The notes beneath the pieces are model-generated. The model did no database searches, was not told where the DNA came from, and saw only the letters and a list, made by a program, of their open reading frames with translations. DNA of 63,455 nt, counting the filler, from an uncultured Ignavibacteriales bacterium (GTDB lineage Bacteria; Zixibacteria; MSB-5A5; GN15; JAAZOE01), in assembly GCA_964611355.1 (NCBI GenBank). It is 21 parts of 21 records of this genome, joined end to end, with 100 filler letters (N's around TTAATTAATTAA, not from the genome) between each part and the next. Parts side by side here need not be neighbours in the genome. Positions count along the whole stretch, not along the records: positions 1 to 4,378 come from CAZSYD010000087.1; positions 4,479 to 8,820 come from CAZSYD010000088.1; positions 8,921 to 13,189 come from CAZSYD010000089.1; 18 more parts are not named here. The stretch is one strand, 5' to 3'. Numbering within the stretch: position 1 is the stretch's first letter; every line of letters begins with the position of its first letter. The position numbers were made by a program, and so were the translations under genes. Below are positions 1 to 9,141 of this stretch, piece after piece.

Positions 1-2
1 AT

Positions 3-1460
3 CTATTTCGAAAAAACAAGCTCGATGCGGCGGTTTTTGGCGCGGCCTTTGGCGGTTTTGTTGGAAACGATAAAGTTGGTCTCGCCTTTACCTATGGCTT
101 TCATTCTATGCCGGTCGATTCCCTGCGACTCAAGCCAGTCGCGCATCCTGTTGGCCCGTTTCTGAGACAGCGCCTGATTAGCTTCGGACGGGCCGACGTT
201 GTCGGTGTATCCGGCGATAGTAATCGTTACATCGCTTAATATTTTCAGTTTCCGAATCAACGGCTGCATACGTTTTTTGGTGCGCTCGTCGATTTCAAAC
301 GATCCCGACAGGTAGTCGATATTGATTCGCATCGGCTCGTGCAGGAACGATATGTCGATGCACCCGCGCTCATCGACTTCGATACCTTCCTCGGTATCGG
401 GGCAATCGTCAATACCGTCATAAACGCCGTCGCCGTCGGAATCAACGGGGCAGCCATTTTTATCAACCGGCGTCCCGACCGGACCGGTGCGGCAATTGTC
501 GCGAAAATCGGGAACGCCGTCGAAATCGGAATCGATCGGACAGCCGAAAATATCGACAAACCCGGCCGCCGTCAAAGGAGTCAGGGGGCAATCGTCAATA
601 CCGTCGAGAATTCCGTCGCCGTCGGAATCGACCGGGCAGCCGGAATCATCGATATACGCGCCACGCGGGGTGTTGTGGCATTTGTCATGCCGGTCAATTA
701 TTCCGTCGCCGTCGGAATCACGTTCCGCCGGAGCCCGTTTGGCCGCATCTTCTGCGCTCCAGGTTTCCTCCGAAGGCCAGACCGGCGGGGCAGGACGTTT
801 CTTTTGTTCGCGGCCAAAAAGATATGACAGCTTTAGCCCGGTGCGCATAATCAGCCGACCGCGGTTGTTATCGGTTTCATCGCCAAAGGCCGTCCCGATG
901 CCGGTCAGATAATCAATCGACGTTGACAGATCAAAGACAAGCCGTCGGGCGGGCTTTATTTCCAACCCGACAGACGCCGACAGATACATTTCGGCGGCGC
1001 TGAAATCGACCGTATTGTTCTTGTCGCCGAGGGCCTGAATAACAGTATCGCCGACCGGGTCGGCATACTTCCAGATCAAATATCCCAGACCAACGCCGAC
1101 TTTTGGCCGCAGCCGACCGCTTTCATTCAAACGATAGTCAATATCAAAACCGGCCCGAACCGATTTGAACGCGAATTCAGCCGCGTCCTTGTCGGCAAAA
1201 AAACCGAAATTATTGGCGGCCGAGTTGTCGCTGTAATTATTCTGGAAGAAGAGCGAAAAATTGAGACCGAATCTATCCGGCCCGGTCCCGATAAAAAATC
1301 CCCATCCGTGATTGAAACTGAAATACGGTTTTTCGGGCGAGTTTAGATTGCCCAGGCCGTATATAAAACCAAAACGATGCTTGAACGGCCTTTCCCGCGC
1401 CGACACCGTCGCAGCCGAAGCCAAAAGTATCAGCAGTATAAGCATGGCAAACTTGCGCAT
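3..1460 (-). CDS. OmpA-family outer membrane protein (N-terminal beta-barrel, TSP3-like Ca-binding repeats, OmpA C-like peptidoglycan-binding domain)
   Basis: Signal peptide; repeated DSDGDG..D..D.CP motifs; C-terminal GYTDNVG...NQALSQKRA...GRAKNRRIE OmpA signature. Confidence 0.9.
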   Translation of the reverse strand: MRKFAMLILLILLASAATVSARERPFKHRFGFIYGLGNLNSPEKPYFSFNHGWGFFIGTGPDRFGLNFSLFFQNNYSDNSAANNFGFFADKDAAEFAFKSVRAGFDIDYRLNESGRLRPKVGVGLGYLIWKYADPVGDTVIQALGDKNNTVDFSAAEMYLSASVGLEIKPARRLVFDLSTSIDYLTGIGTAFGDETDNNRGRLIMRTGLKLSYLFGREQKKRPAPPVWPSEETWSAEDAAKRAPAERDSDGDGIIDRHDKCHNTPRGAYIDDSGCPVDSDGDGILDGIDDCPLTPLTAAGFVDIFGCPIDSDFDGVPDFRDNCRTGPVGTPVDKNGCPVDSDGDGVYDGIDDCPDTEEGIEVDERGCIDISFLHEPMRINIDYLSGSFEIDERTKKRMQPLIRKLKILSDVTITIAGYTDNVGPSEANQALSQKRANRMRDWLESQGIDRHRMKAIGKGETNFIVSNKTAKGRAKNRRIELVFSK

Positions 1461-1513
1461 CAATCTATCTTGCAAAATAGCCGTATCGAAAGCAATTAAA
1501 AATTATCGGGTAA

Positions 1514-2500
1514 TCAATCCTGCGGGGGAGACAATATAAAACCGGCCGCGCCATAGAGGGGCAACTTGGTGTCGGTAACGATATTTATTGGAAATGATTC
1601 CAGAAGAGAACGATGCTTCCCCTTGTCGGAAAAAACGGCAACAAATCTCTTTTTATCAAGCAACGGCAAAATGCGTGGAATTATGCCTCCGCCGATATAA
1701 ACGCCCCCGGTCGTCAATCCTTTAAGCGCCATATTGCCGGCTTCGGCGGCCAGGATATCCAGAAATATTTTTACCGTCGTCGCGGCCAGTCTGTCCGTAC
1801 CTTCAAGGGCTCGAGTAGTTATCGCTTTACCCGGATCATCCTGCAGGTCTTTTCGGAGCCAATCTTCCGCGCCGGAACCGCTTTCATAAACAAGGAATCG
1901 ATAAATATTCGGAAAACCGGGTCCCGAGAGCAGGTCTTCGACCGAGACATGGCTCTTCATTATCTTTATATATTCCCATAATCTTTTGGTGGTTCCGTCG
2001 TATGGCGCAAAATCGGCATGCCCGCCTTCGGAGACGACCGGGATATATTTACCATTGACGCAGTGGATAATCGTTTCTCCAAGGCCGGTTCCGGGCGATA
2101 TTAGAAGCCGGTTCCCGTTTTCATCCGGTTGACCGGCGTTAATTGTTTCGAATGAATCGGCAGAGAGCTTTTCTATTCCATACCCGGACGTGACCAGATC
2201 ATTTAGCAAAACCGCGCGCTCGATGCCGAACCGGCGGGAAATTGACGCTCCATCAAGCGACCACGATAGATTGGTCACCCGGCAGGTATTTTCTTTGACC
2301 GGCCCGGCGACACCGATACAAAGAGACGAGATTGACGAAACACCACTATCATTTATATATTGCTCCAAAACGGCTTCGAATGAATCGTAATCGCGGCCCA
2401 TATATAGTTGAACCGACGACAGCTCAATCCTGTCTCCGGTCGATTCAGCCAATGCTATCACCGTCTTGGTGGCGCCAATATCAACTACCGTTACCATCAA
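1514..2500 (-). CDS. glk: Glucokinase (Glk type)
   Basis: VDIGATKT, GVAGPV, LLNDL, PGTGLGE, SEGGHADFAP and GGVYIGGGI motifs. Confidence 0.9.
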   Translation of the reverse strand: MMVTVVDIGATKTVIALAESTGDRIELSSVQLYMGRDYDSFEAVLEQYINDSGVSSISSLCIGVAGPVKENTCRVTNLSWSLDGASISRRFGIERAVLLNDLVTSGYGIEKLSADSFETINAGQPDENGNRLLISPGTGLGETIIHCVNGKYIPVVSEGGHADFAPYDGTTKRLWEYIKIMKSHVSVEDLLSGPGFPNIYRFLVYESGSGAEDWLRKDLQDDPGKAITTRALEGTDRLAATTVKIFLDILAAEAGNMALKGLTTGGVYIGGGIIPRILPLLDKKRFVAVFSDKGKHRSLLESFPINIVTDTKLPLYGAAGFILSPPQD

Positions 2501-2540
2501 GTTACCTTAATCCCTAAACCTCTTCATGCCTTTTTCGGCT

Positions 2541-4280
2541 TTAGTCGGATACTTGCCGCGCTTTGACCAGTTCCAGCAACCTGTCCAGCCCGGCCACCGG
2601 ATCATTTTTCAGACTGATGTTTATCAATGGCCGTTTCCGCTTTTTGAGCGCCTCAATATCGCCCTCGGCCTGCGCCTTGATCAATTTCCCAAAACTGATG
2701 TTCAGTTTTGGGATTTTATAATCGGTCTCGTACTCGCGTTCCAGAACCAGGAAATGACCCTTCTGACTGCCTCCTTTATACAACTGACCGACAGAATGCA
2801 AAAACCTCGGCCCGTATCCCCGAAGTGTTACGGCGCAACTTTTCTTCTCAATCACATTTCTTAACTCGACCAGCCTTTCTTCGATTTCGGGCGTCATTTC
2901 GGTGTAACAGAGTACAGACAGATAGTCGCCCTTGTTGACGCCATCGAGGAACTTTCGTGGAATTTCCTCCGGCGTCAACTTGCGTTTGCCGCGCATCCCT
3001 TTGATAGCCGAAACCGACTTGATATCAATGGCGCCGCAGTTCAGCAATGGCGGCTGAGGCGCGATCTTTCGGTGGCTGCGTTTGGCCTTGATAATGGCCG
3101 CCGTATTCTTTTTGCTCTCGGCCACGTTCGGTTCATCAAACGGATTTACGCCAAGAATAGTCGAAGCCACCACCGTGGCCATTTCCCACTTCAGCATTTC
3201 GGCCCCGACGCCGTGAGGATCCTCCATCTCAATCACCACACGGGGAGGTTTATTTTTGTCGACGCTTTTGGCAACCCGCACCGGTCGGCGTTCTCCCCGC
3301 ATACGGTAATGGACATAGATGCGGTCGTCGGCACATCCCCCGGAAGCTCCGTTTATCAGACCTTCAATCGGAATAATCCCCTTCTTCTCCTTGCCGGTCG
3401 ATTCGGCCACAAGCTGTTCTATCCAGGGAATAAACGGGGCCGTCCGGGGCGAAGCCCGGAAGATGAGCTTGTCAAAACCGCGATTGGCGCCGCACCCCAT
3501 CAGCGTTCCCAGCGTAAGGGCGTCGTTGTCGTTTGCCTTTGTTTCCATAAGATCGAGAAACGCCCCGGCCCGGTAAACGATTTCCCCCAGGTTGGCATTC
3601 GTAAAAGCTCCGGGCGCAAGCCCGAAAAACGACAGCGCCGAATAACGCCCGCCGATATCACTCCTGTTCAAAAATATCTCGCGGAAACGATTACGCCGGG
3701 CAATGCGATGCAGGTCGGATCCCTCGTCGGTTATCGCGGCAAAACAATCTCCCGCTTTCAACGGCCGCAGCGTTTTTATTTTTTCGAAGAAAAATCGGTA
3801 CTGTGAAATAGTTTCAATGGTTGAGCCCGACTTGGAGGAAACGATAAAAAACGATTTGCCGAGATCGGTTTTTTTCAGGATAGAATCTATCACGCCGGGA
3901 GCGGTGGTATCGATGACGGTGTAGCTTTTGAGCCATTTGCGTTTGTCGAACATCCTGCCGAACACTTCCGGGCAGAGCGACGATCCCCCCATACCCAGAA
4001 CAAACAGGTGCCGCACACCTGACGCTTTGACCTGCCGCACGAAGTTCTCGATTCTTTCCAACTGATTCGGCATTTCCCGGATAACGTCAATCCATCCCAG
4101 ACGGTTGGCAATTACTTTCTGATGCGACTTTTCACGCTTCTTGAAAACGCCCGGGTTTTTCCTGATGATTTCATCAATGAGATTGATTTTGCGGGCTTTT
4201 TCAAGGTAAGTCTCGTACTCATTCTTCAGCGCCCCTGCAAGAACTTCCTGTTTTGCCGATTGCGGCATTTCATCCCCCAT
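2541..4280 (-). CDS. pgi: Glucose-6-phosphate isomerase-like protein (stand-alone PGI half of the Tal/PGI type)
   Basis: NRLGW, LGMGGSSL, SSKSGSTIET, IGGRYSALS, EQLVAESTGK, NPFDEPNVAESK and GPRFLHSVGQ motifs. Confidence 0.8.
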   Translation of the reverse strand: MGDEMPQSAKQEVLAGALKNEYETYLEKARKINLIDEIIRKNPGVFKKREKSHQKVIANRLGWIDVIREMPNQLERIENFVRQVKASGVRHLFVLGMGGSSLCPEVFGRMFDKRKWLKSYTVIDTTAPGVIDSILKKTDLGKSFFIVSSKSGSTIETISQYRFFFEKIKTLRPLKAGDCFAAITDEGSDLHRIARRNRFREIFLNRSDIGGRYSALSFFGLAPGAFTNANLGEIVYRAGAFLDLMETKANDNDALTLGTLMGCGANRGFDKLIFRASPRTAPFIPWIEQLVAESTGKEKKGIIPIEGLINGASGGCADDRIYVHYRMRGERRPVRVAKSVDKNKPPRVVIEMEDPHGVGAEMLKWEMATVVASTILGVNPFDEPNVAESKKNTAAIIKAKRSHRKIAPQPPLLNCGAIDIKSVSAIKGMRGKRKLTPEEIPRKFLDGVNKGDYLSVLCYTEMTPEIEERLVELRNVIEKKSCAVTLRGYGPRFLHSVGQLYKGGSQKGHFLVLEREYETDYKIPKLNISFGKLIKAQAEGDIEALKKRKRPLINISLKNDPVAGLDRLLELVKARQVSD

Positions 4281-4310
4281 AGATTCTTAGGCCTGATTAT
4301 TTACCGGTTA

Positions 4311-4378
4311 TTATTTATCGTGTAGCATGTGAACCAGGCTGGCCGGGTCGCTGTCTTTGAAATAGGCGGTTCCCATAA
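4311..4378 (-). CDS. rpe: 3' end of ribulose-phosphate 3-epimerase (continues from 24885..25519)
   Basis: 4324-4378 is the exact reverse complement of 25465-25519 and completes the protein as ...SLVHMLHDK*. Confidence 0.85.
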
Positions 4379-4478
4379 NNNNNNNNNNNNNNNNNNNNNN
4401 NNNNNNNNNNNNNNNNNNNNNNTTAATTAATTAANNNNNNNNNNNNNNNNNNNNNNNNNNNNNNNNNNNNNNNNNNNN
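4379..4478. other. Artificial contig linker (first of 20)
   Basis: N44-TTAATTAATTAA-N44, with stops in all frames. Identical linkers start at 8821, 13190, 17374, 21470, 25520, 29521, 33483, 37052, 40054, 42782, 45229, 47657, 49985, 52162, 54318, 56470, 58359, 60176 and 61821. Confidence 0.99.
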
Positions 4479-4791
4479 TTACGACGCACTGGACCCGAAT
4501 TTTATCCCGAAAATGATAAATGACGGTTTCTATAGGCTAGGGTTGCATGAACTCATTTGCCATACCTCCCTTTAGGACAATTTATCTTTACCTCGGATGG
4601 CCGATGGTGGATCGGCAAATGGTTTGATGCACCCCCTTTTCTTCTTACCTATGACTTGGAAATGGCGGATACGGCCGGGGTTTACAATTTCGGAGACAAG
4701 GAGGCGGCCGACTTTACCAGCCTGGACGTATCATAAAAAAACCTAAAACCGGCGGGCTATCCGTCCGCTGGATTAATTCATACATTATGGA

Positions 4792-4820
4792 TTGACGAAA
4801 TACCCTTTTAAATATATATT
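4792..4820 (+). promoter_or_regulatory. Putative sigma70 promoter for iscS-mnmA
   Basis: TTGACG-17bp-TATATT, followed by a GAGGT RBS before ATG 4857. Confidence 0.6.
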
Positions 4821-4856
4821 GTTTTCTGTTGTTTTATATAACCGAGGTAAATATCG

Positions 4857-6023
4857 ATGGAAAAAATATATCTGGACTATAACAGCACGACTCCCATGGA
4901 CGAAGCCGTTGTTGAAACCATGCGGCAGGTAATGATCGGAAATTACGGTAACCCGTCCTCGTTCCACGGTTTCGGCGCCAAAGCCAAAGCGGCTATGGAC
5001 GAAGCCCGTGGAAAAATCGCCGCCGTGCTTGGGGCCGAATCGTCGGAGATATATTTCACATCCGGCGGCACCGAGGCCGATAACCTGGCTCTCAAGGGGG
5101 CTGCGTATGCCCGCCAAAAAAAGGGCAAACATATAATAACCTCAAAAATAGAGCATCATGCCGTTCTGGAATCGGCTCATTTTCTGGAGAAGAATGGTTT
5201 TGAGGTTACCTATCTCGAATGTGACAGGGACGGTGTTGTTTCAATAGACCAGTTGCGCCGGGTTATAAAACCGGAGACGACGATTGTTTCGGTCATAATG
5301 GCCAACAACGAAACCGGCGTCATTCAGCCGATCAGGGAAATGGCCGCTGTCTGCCGTGAGGCTGGCGTTCTTTTTCATACCGACGCCGTGCAGGCGGTCG
5401 GGAAAGTTCCGGTTAACGTCAAAGACCTGGACGTTGATATGCTGTCGCTCTCAGCGCATAAGTTTTATGGACCCAAAGGAATAGGGGCGCTTTATATCCG
5501 GCAGGGCGTACGTATAACTCCTCTTCTCCACGGTGGGAGTCATGAAAAGCGCAAACGCGCCGGAACCGAAAATGTCCCTGCCATTGTCGGCATGGCTAAA
5601 GCGGTCGAAATCGCCGCCGAAAAGCTTGACAGCGAACACGCCCGAATGACCGAACTGGGTGATTATTTTATTGAACAGGTTCAGTCCAAAATTCCGGAAG
5701 TTTATCTCAACGGTTCCCGGGATAATCGGGTGCCTTCGACGGTAAATCTCTCTTTCAAAGGCGTGGAAGGGGAGTCGATCATCTTATCCCTTGACCTTAA
5801 GGGAATTGCCGTTTCGTCGGGATCAGCCTGCACTTCGGGAACACTTGAGGCTTCTCATGTACTGGCTGCTATGGGTATCGATACAATTCTGGCGCAGGGT
5901 TCGATCCGATTCTCGCTGGGACGTCACACTACCAGAGAACAACTGGATTATACCGTTTCAGTTCTGCCGGAAATAATCGAACGTTTGAGGTCGATGTCGG
6001 CCGCCTATCATAAAACCAATTAA
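4857..6023 (+). CDS. iscS: Cysteine desulfurase (IscS/NifS)
   Basis: YLDYNSTTP, FTSGGTEADN, HTDAVQ, SAHKFYGPKG (PLP lysine), SSGSACTS (catalytic Cys). Confidence 0.95.
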   Translation: MEKIYLDYNSTTPMDEAVVETMRQVMIGNYGNPSSFHGFGAKAKAAMDEARGKIAAVLGAESSEIYFTSGGTEADNLALKGAAYARQKKGKHIITSKIEHHAVLESAHFLEKNGFEVTYLECDRDGVVSIDQLRRVIKPETTIVSVIMANNETGVIQPIREMAAVCREAGVLFHTDAVQAVGKVPVNVKDLDVDMLSLSAHKFYGPKGIGALYIRQGVRITPLLHGGSHEKRKRAGTENVPAIVGMAKAVEIAAEKLDSEHARMTELGDYFIEQVQSKIPEVYLNGSRDNRVPSTVNLSFKGVEGESIILSLDLKGIAVSSGSACTSGTLEASHVLAAMGIDTILAQGSIRFSLGRHTTREQLDYTVSVLPEIIERLRSMSAAYHKTN

Positions 6024-6061
6024 CCCTCGCCTTTGGAACTTCCGGAACGTATAATCCGGCA

Positions 6062-7156
6062 ATGACCAGATCCAGCAGAAACAAGACAGTTATGGTAGCC
6101 ATGTCGGGCGGGGTCGACAGCTCGGTCGCCGCTTTGCTTCTCAAGCGACAAGGTTACGATGTCATCGGCGCGACCATGAAGCTCCGGAATTACAGCGAGG
6201 TCGGCGGCGATGCGGGTAAAGACGGTCGATGCTGTAACCTGGAATCAATTGACGCCGCCCGCCACGTTTGTGATGCATTAGGCGCCCCGCATTATGTTTT
6301 CGATTTCTCGGACGTATTCAAAGAGACGGTCATCAAAGATTTTATATCCGAATACCGAAAAGGCAGAACGCCCAATCCCTGCGTATTATGCAACGCCCGA
6401 ATAAAGTGGGAGATGTTTCTTAAACGCGCCGCCGAGATCGGCTGTGATTATATGGCCACCGGTCATTACGCTCGCACCGGCCGCGATGAGAAAAACCGAC
6501 GTTATTACCTGAAACGCGGGGTTGATGATAGTCGCGATCAGTCGTATGCGCTGTGGGGTATTCGGCAGGAAGCGCTGGCAAAGACGATTTTTTCTCTGGG
6601 CGGCCTGACCAAAAATGATACCCGGCGGATCGCTGAAGAAGCTAATCTTGAGACTGCCCGCGTGGCTGAAAGTATGGAAATCTGCTTTGTGGCCGACGAC
6701 GACTACGAACGGTTCATCAGGGAATGGTCTGGCGCGGATATTCCTGGCGGCGATATTGTCGATCAATCGGGGAATGTCATCGGCAGGCACAAGGGAATAC
6801 CGTTTTATACCGTCGGCCAGCGTAGAGGTCTCGGGATTGCCCATCCGTCTCCGCTGTATGTCCAGAGAATTGATCCGGAAAGAAATCAGATTGTTGTCGG
6901 AGACGATCGCGATCTGAACTGCCGCGAGATGTCTGTTTCCAAAATCAATTGGGTGTCCGTTGCGCCGACCGGTGAGTCTATCAACTGTGAAGTCAAAATA
7001 CGCTATCAGCACAGAGCGTCAAAAGCGATTGTCAGTCCTCTCGATGATAACCACCTGTCGATAACCTTTGATGTTCCTCAGCGAGCCATCACGCCGGGGC
7101 AGTCGGCTGTTCTTTACGACGGCGATTTAGTCCTCGCAGGAGGTATAATAGATTGA
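6062..7156 (+). CDS. mnmA: tRNA 2-thiouridine(34) synthase MnmA
   Basis: AMSGGVDSS PP-loop, TPNPCVLCN, ATGHY, DQSY, EICF, YTVGQRRGLG, ITPGQSAV. Confidence 0.95.
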   Translation: MTRSSRNKTVMVAMSGGVDSSVAALLLKRQGYDVIGATMKLRNYSEVGGDAGKDGRCCNLESIDAARHVCDALGAPHYVFDFSDVFKETVIKDFISEYRKGRTPNPCVLCNARIKWEMFLKRAAEIGCDYMATGHYARTGRDEKNRRYYLKRGVDDSRDQSYALWGIRQEALAKTIFSLGGLTKNDTRRIAEEANLETARVAESMEICFVADDDYERFIREWSGADIPGGDIVDQSGNVIGRHKGIPFYTVGQRRGLGIAHPSPLYVQRIDPERNQIVVGDDRDLNCREMSVSKINWVSVAPTGESINCEVKIRYQHRASKAIVSPLDDNHLSITFDVPQRAITPGQSAVLYDGDLVLAGGIID

Positions 7157-7294
7157 ATAAATCAGTCGGTTGATTATTGTTGATTTGAGTAATCGGTCTT
7201 TTTTACTTGGCTGTATCGGATAACTGAACAAACGGCAACAGAATCAAGGTTGTCATCTTGAAACCGAACAAATAGTTGGGGCTTTAGGGACTAT

Positions 7295-8820
7295 ATGGCG
7301 AAGGAAAAAGTTGAGAAAAAGGGGATGGGTTGCTTAACCAGGCTCCTTATAATTGTCATATTGCTGATTCTTGCCGTTTACGCGGGAGTGAAATTATTTT
7401 TTCCGGCTGAACGGGTTAAAGCCGAGATCGTTAAACGGGCCGGCGAAACGCTCGGGCGGCACGTTGAGCTGGACGACGTTTCAATTTCGATATTTCCAAA
7501 ACTGGCTCTTGATATGAAAGGCCTGCGTATCTACAACCCCGAAGATTTCACGGGGGCTGAGTTTGTTTCCATCGACCGTCTTTCCTGCGGTCTGAAATTG
7601 ATGCCGCTTCTTCGCAAACAGTTCATTTTTGATGAGATTATCGTCGGGCATCCTGTTCTGCGTTTGCACAAAATGGCCGATGGCCGGACCAATTTCAGCT
7701 TTGAGATCGAGACCGGAGAAGAGGGGATTGAAACGCCTTTAGGCATCAAAGAAAAAGTTACTTCGGAAGAAGCGGCGCTGTCGGCTTTTGCTTTCGACTG
7801 GGCGGAAATCAAAAACGGCGATCTTATTTACGTTGACGATTCATCTGAGATCAAAGTCACGCTGAATAATTTCAGCCTCGAAACCAAACTGCATCTGGAC
7901 GCGGACGGGCAGCATGGCCGATCGATCGGGACCGCAAAGATTCCAAGCATCACGTCATCGTTGATACCGGAAAACCTGCCGCTTGATATCGAAGTGGCTT
8001 ATAACGCCGAAGTCGATTTCAAGTATGCCGACCTGGTTCTAAAAAATACAAGTCTGAAACTTAACGGGATACCTTTTGAGGTCGAAGCAACCGTCCGTAA
8101 CTTTCTCGATCTTCGGTCAATCTTCGCCAGAGTAAAGGCAGCCGAGGTATCGCTTGAGCCGCTTCTTTCATATGTCCCGGCGAGCGAAGGCTTTGACCGG
8201 GACAAGCTCCGTCTCAGCGGTAAACTAAGCGGCGAACTGGAAGCGCGGGTGGAATTCGATTCCGGACGCAAGCCGTATTTCAACGGTTCATTTAATATAA
8301 ATGATATGTCGGTCGGGTATCTCAATGTTTCCAACCGGGTTTATTTCGAGTCACTCAGTCTTGAGTTTGATACTGATTCGGTATCGTTTGCCTCCGGAGG
8401 GGGGCAACTTGCCGAAGAAAAGTTTCAGCTCTCAGGAAGGATTAAAAACCGGGATGACCCTGTCTTTCGAATAAGCACCAAAGGAGCTTATGCCCTGGTC
8501 GGTTTGCTGCCGTTTCTTGATCCGGCTTATAACCATGAACTTTCGGGACGGGCGCGCTTCGATATCCAGGTAACCGGTCAAAAGTCAAAATGGATCGATG
8601 CGCAAATTCGAGGCGCCGCTTCGATTGATAATCTTTTCTACAATAATGACAGCCTCACCTCGCCTTTGGAACGGCTCGACATGATGGTCAGCTTCGAGCG
8701 GAAAGGAGTAACCATTGATTCGCTCTATGCCGAATATCCTGGCGTTAGGCTTACTATGACGGGAAGCCTGAAAAACGGATTTGCCCATTTTGTCCAACCT
8801 CAAAAGGGACATAAAAAACC
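7295..8820 (+). CDS. AsmA-family protein, N-terminal part (joins 59181..60175; about 821 aa in total)
   Basis: N-terminal TM anchor and beta-rich AsmA-like sequence; exact 55-nt overlap of 8766-8820 with rc(60121-60175), in frame. Confidence 0.8.
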
Positions 8821-8970
8821 NNNNNNNNNNNNNNNNNNNNNNNNNNNNNNNNNNNNNNNNNNNNTTAATTAATTAANNNNNNNNNNNNNNNNNNNNNNNN
8901 NNNNNNNNNNNNNNNNNNNNGATCGCCCTTGAAGACGGTGATAAGAAAACGGACGTATAATGAAATGACA

Positions 8971-8999
8971 AAATAGGACATTTCTATCTTGCCTTGACA
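8971..8999 (+). mobile_element. IS1202-like (ISNCY) terminal repeat remnant
   Basis: AAATAGGACATTTCTATCTTGCCTTGACA; resembles the doubled motif at 45329-45381. Confidence 0.4.
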
Positions 9000-9015
9000 A
9001 AGACATATATTGGAG

Positions 9016-9044
9016 TGGACAAGATGGTATTATATTGTTATATT
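9016..9044 (+). promoter_or_regulatory. Putative sigma70 promoter for the GlmL-like operon
   Basis: TGGACA-17bp-TATATT. Confidence 0.5.
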
Positions 9045-9141
9045 TTAACCTTTCATAAATTGAGAGGTCCAAACTGAGTGAGTTAAAATCCCGGTCGGCT
9101 GTGATTGCGGATAGAAAACCTCAATAGAAGAGAAAAGAGAG

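Noticed and set aside
339..912. Antisense or alternate-frame ORFs over ompA and many other genes (e.g. 3072..3806, 10324..10998, 58608..59381)
   Set aside because: Shadow ORFs of GC-rich coding strands, with no motifs or RBS, fully overlapping well-supported genes
4479..4563. Minus-strand mini-ORF MANEFMQP-TAG with an open frame beyond it (possible amber read-through); a similar TAG at 41176-41178
   Set aside because: RBS spacing is poor, the read-through products resemble nothing recognisable, TAG is used as a normal stop elsewhere, and there are no pyl genes
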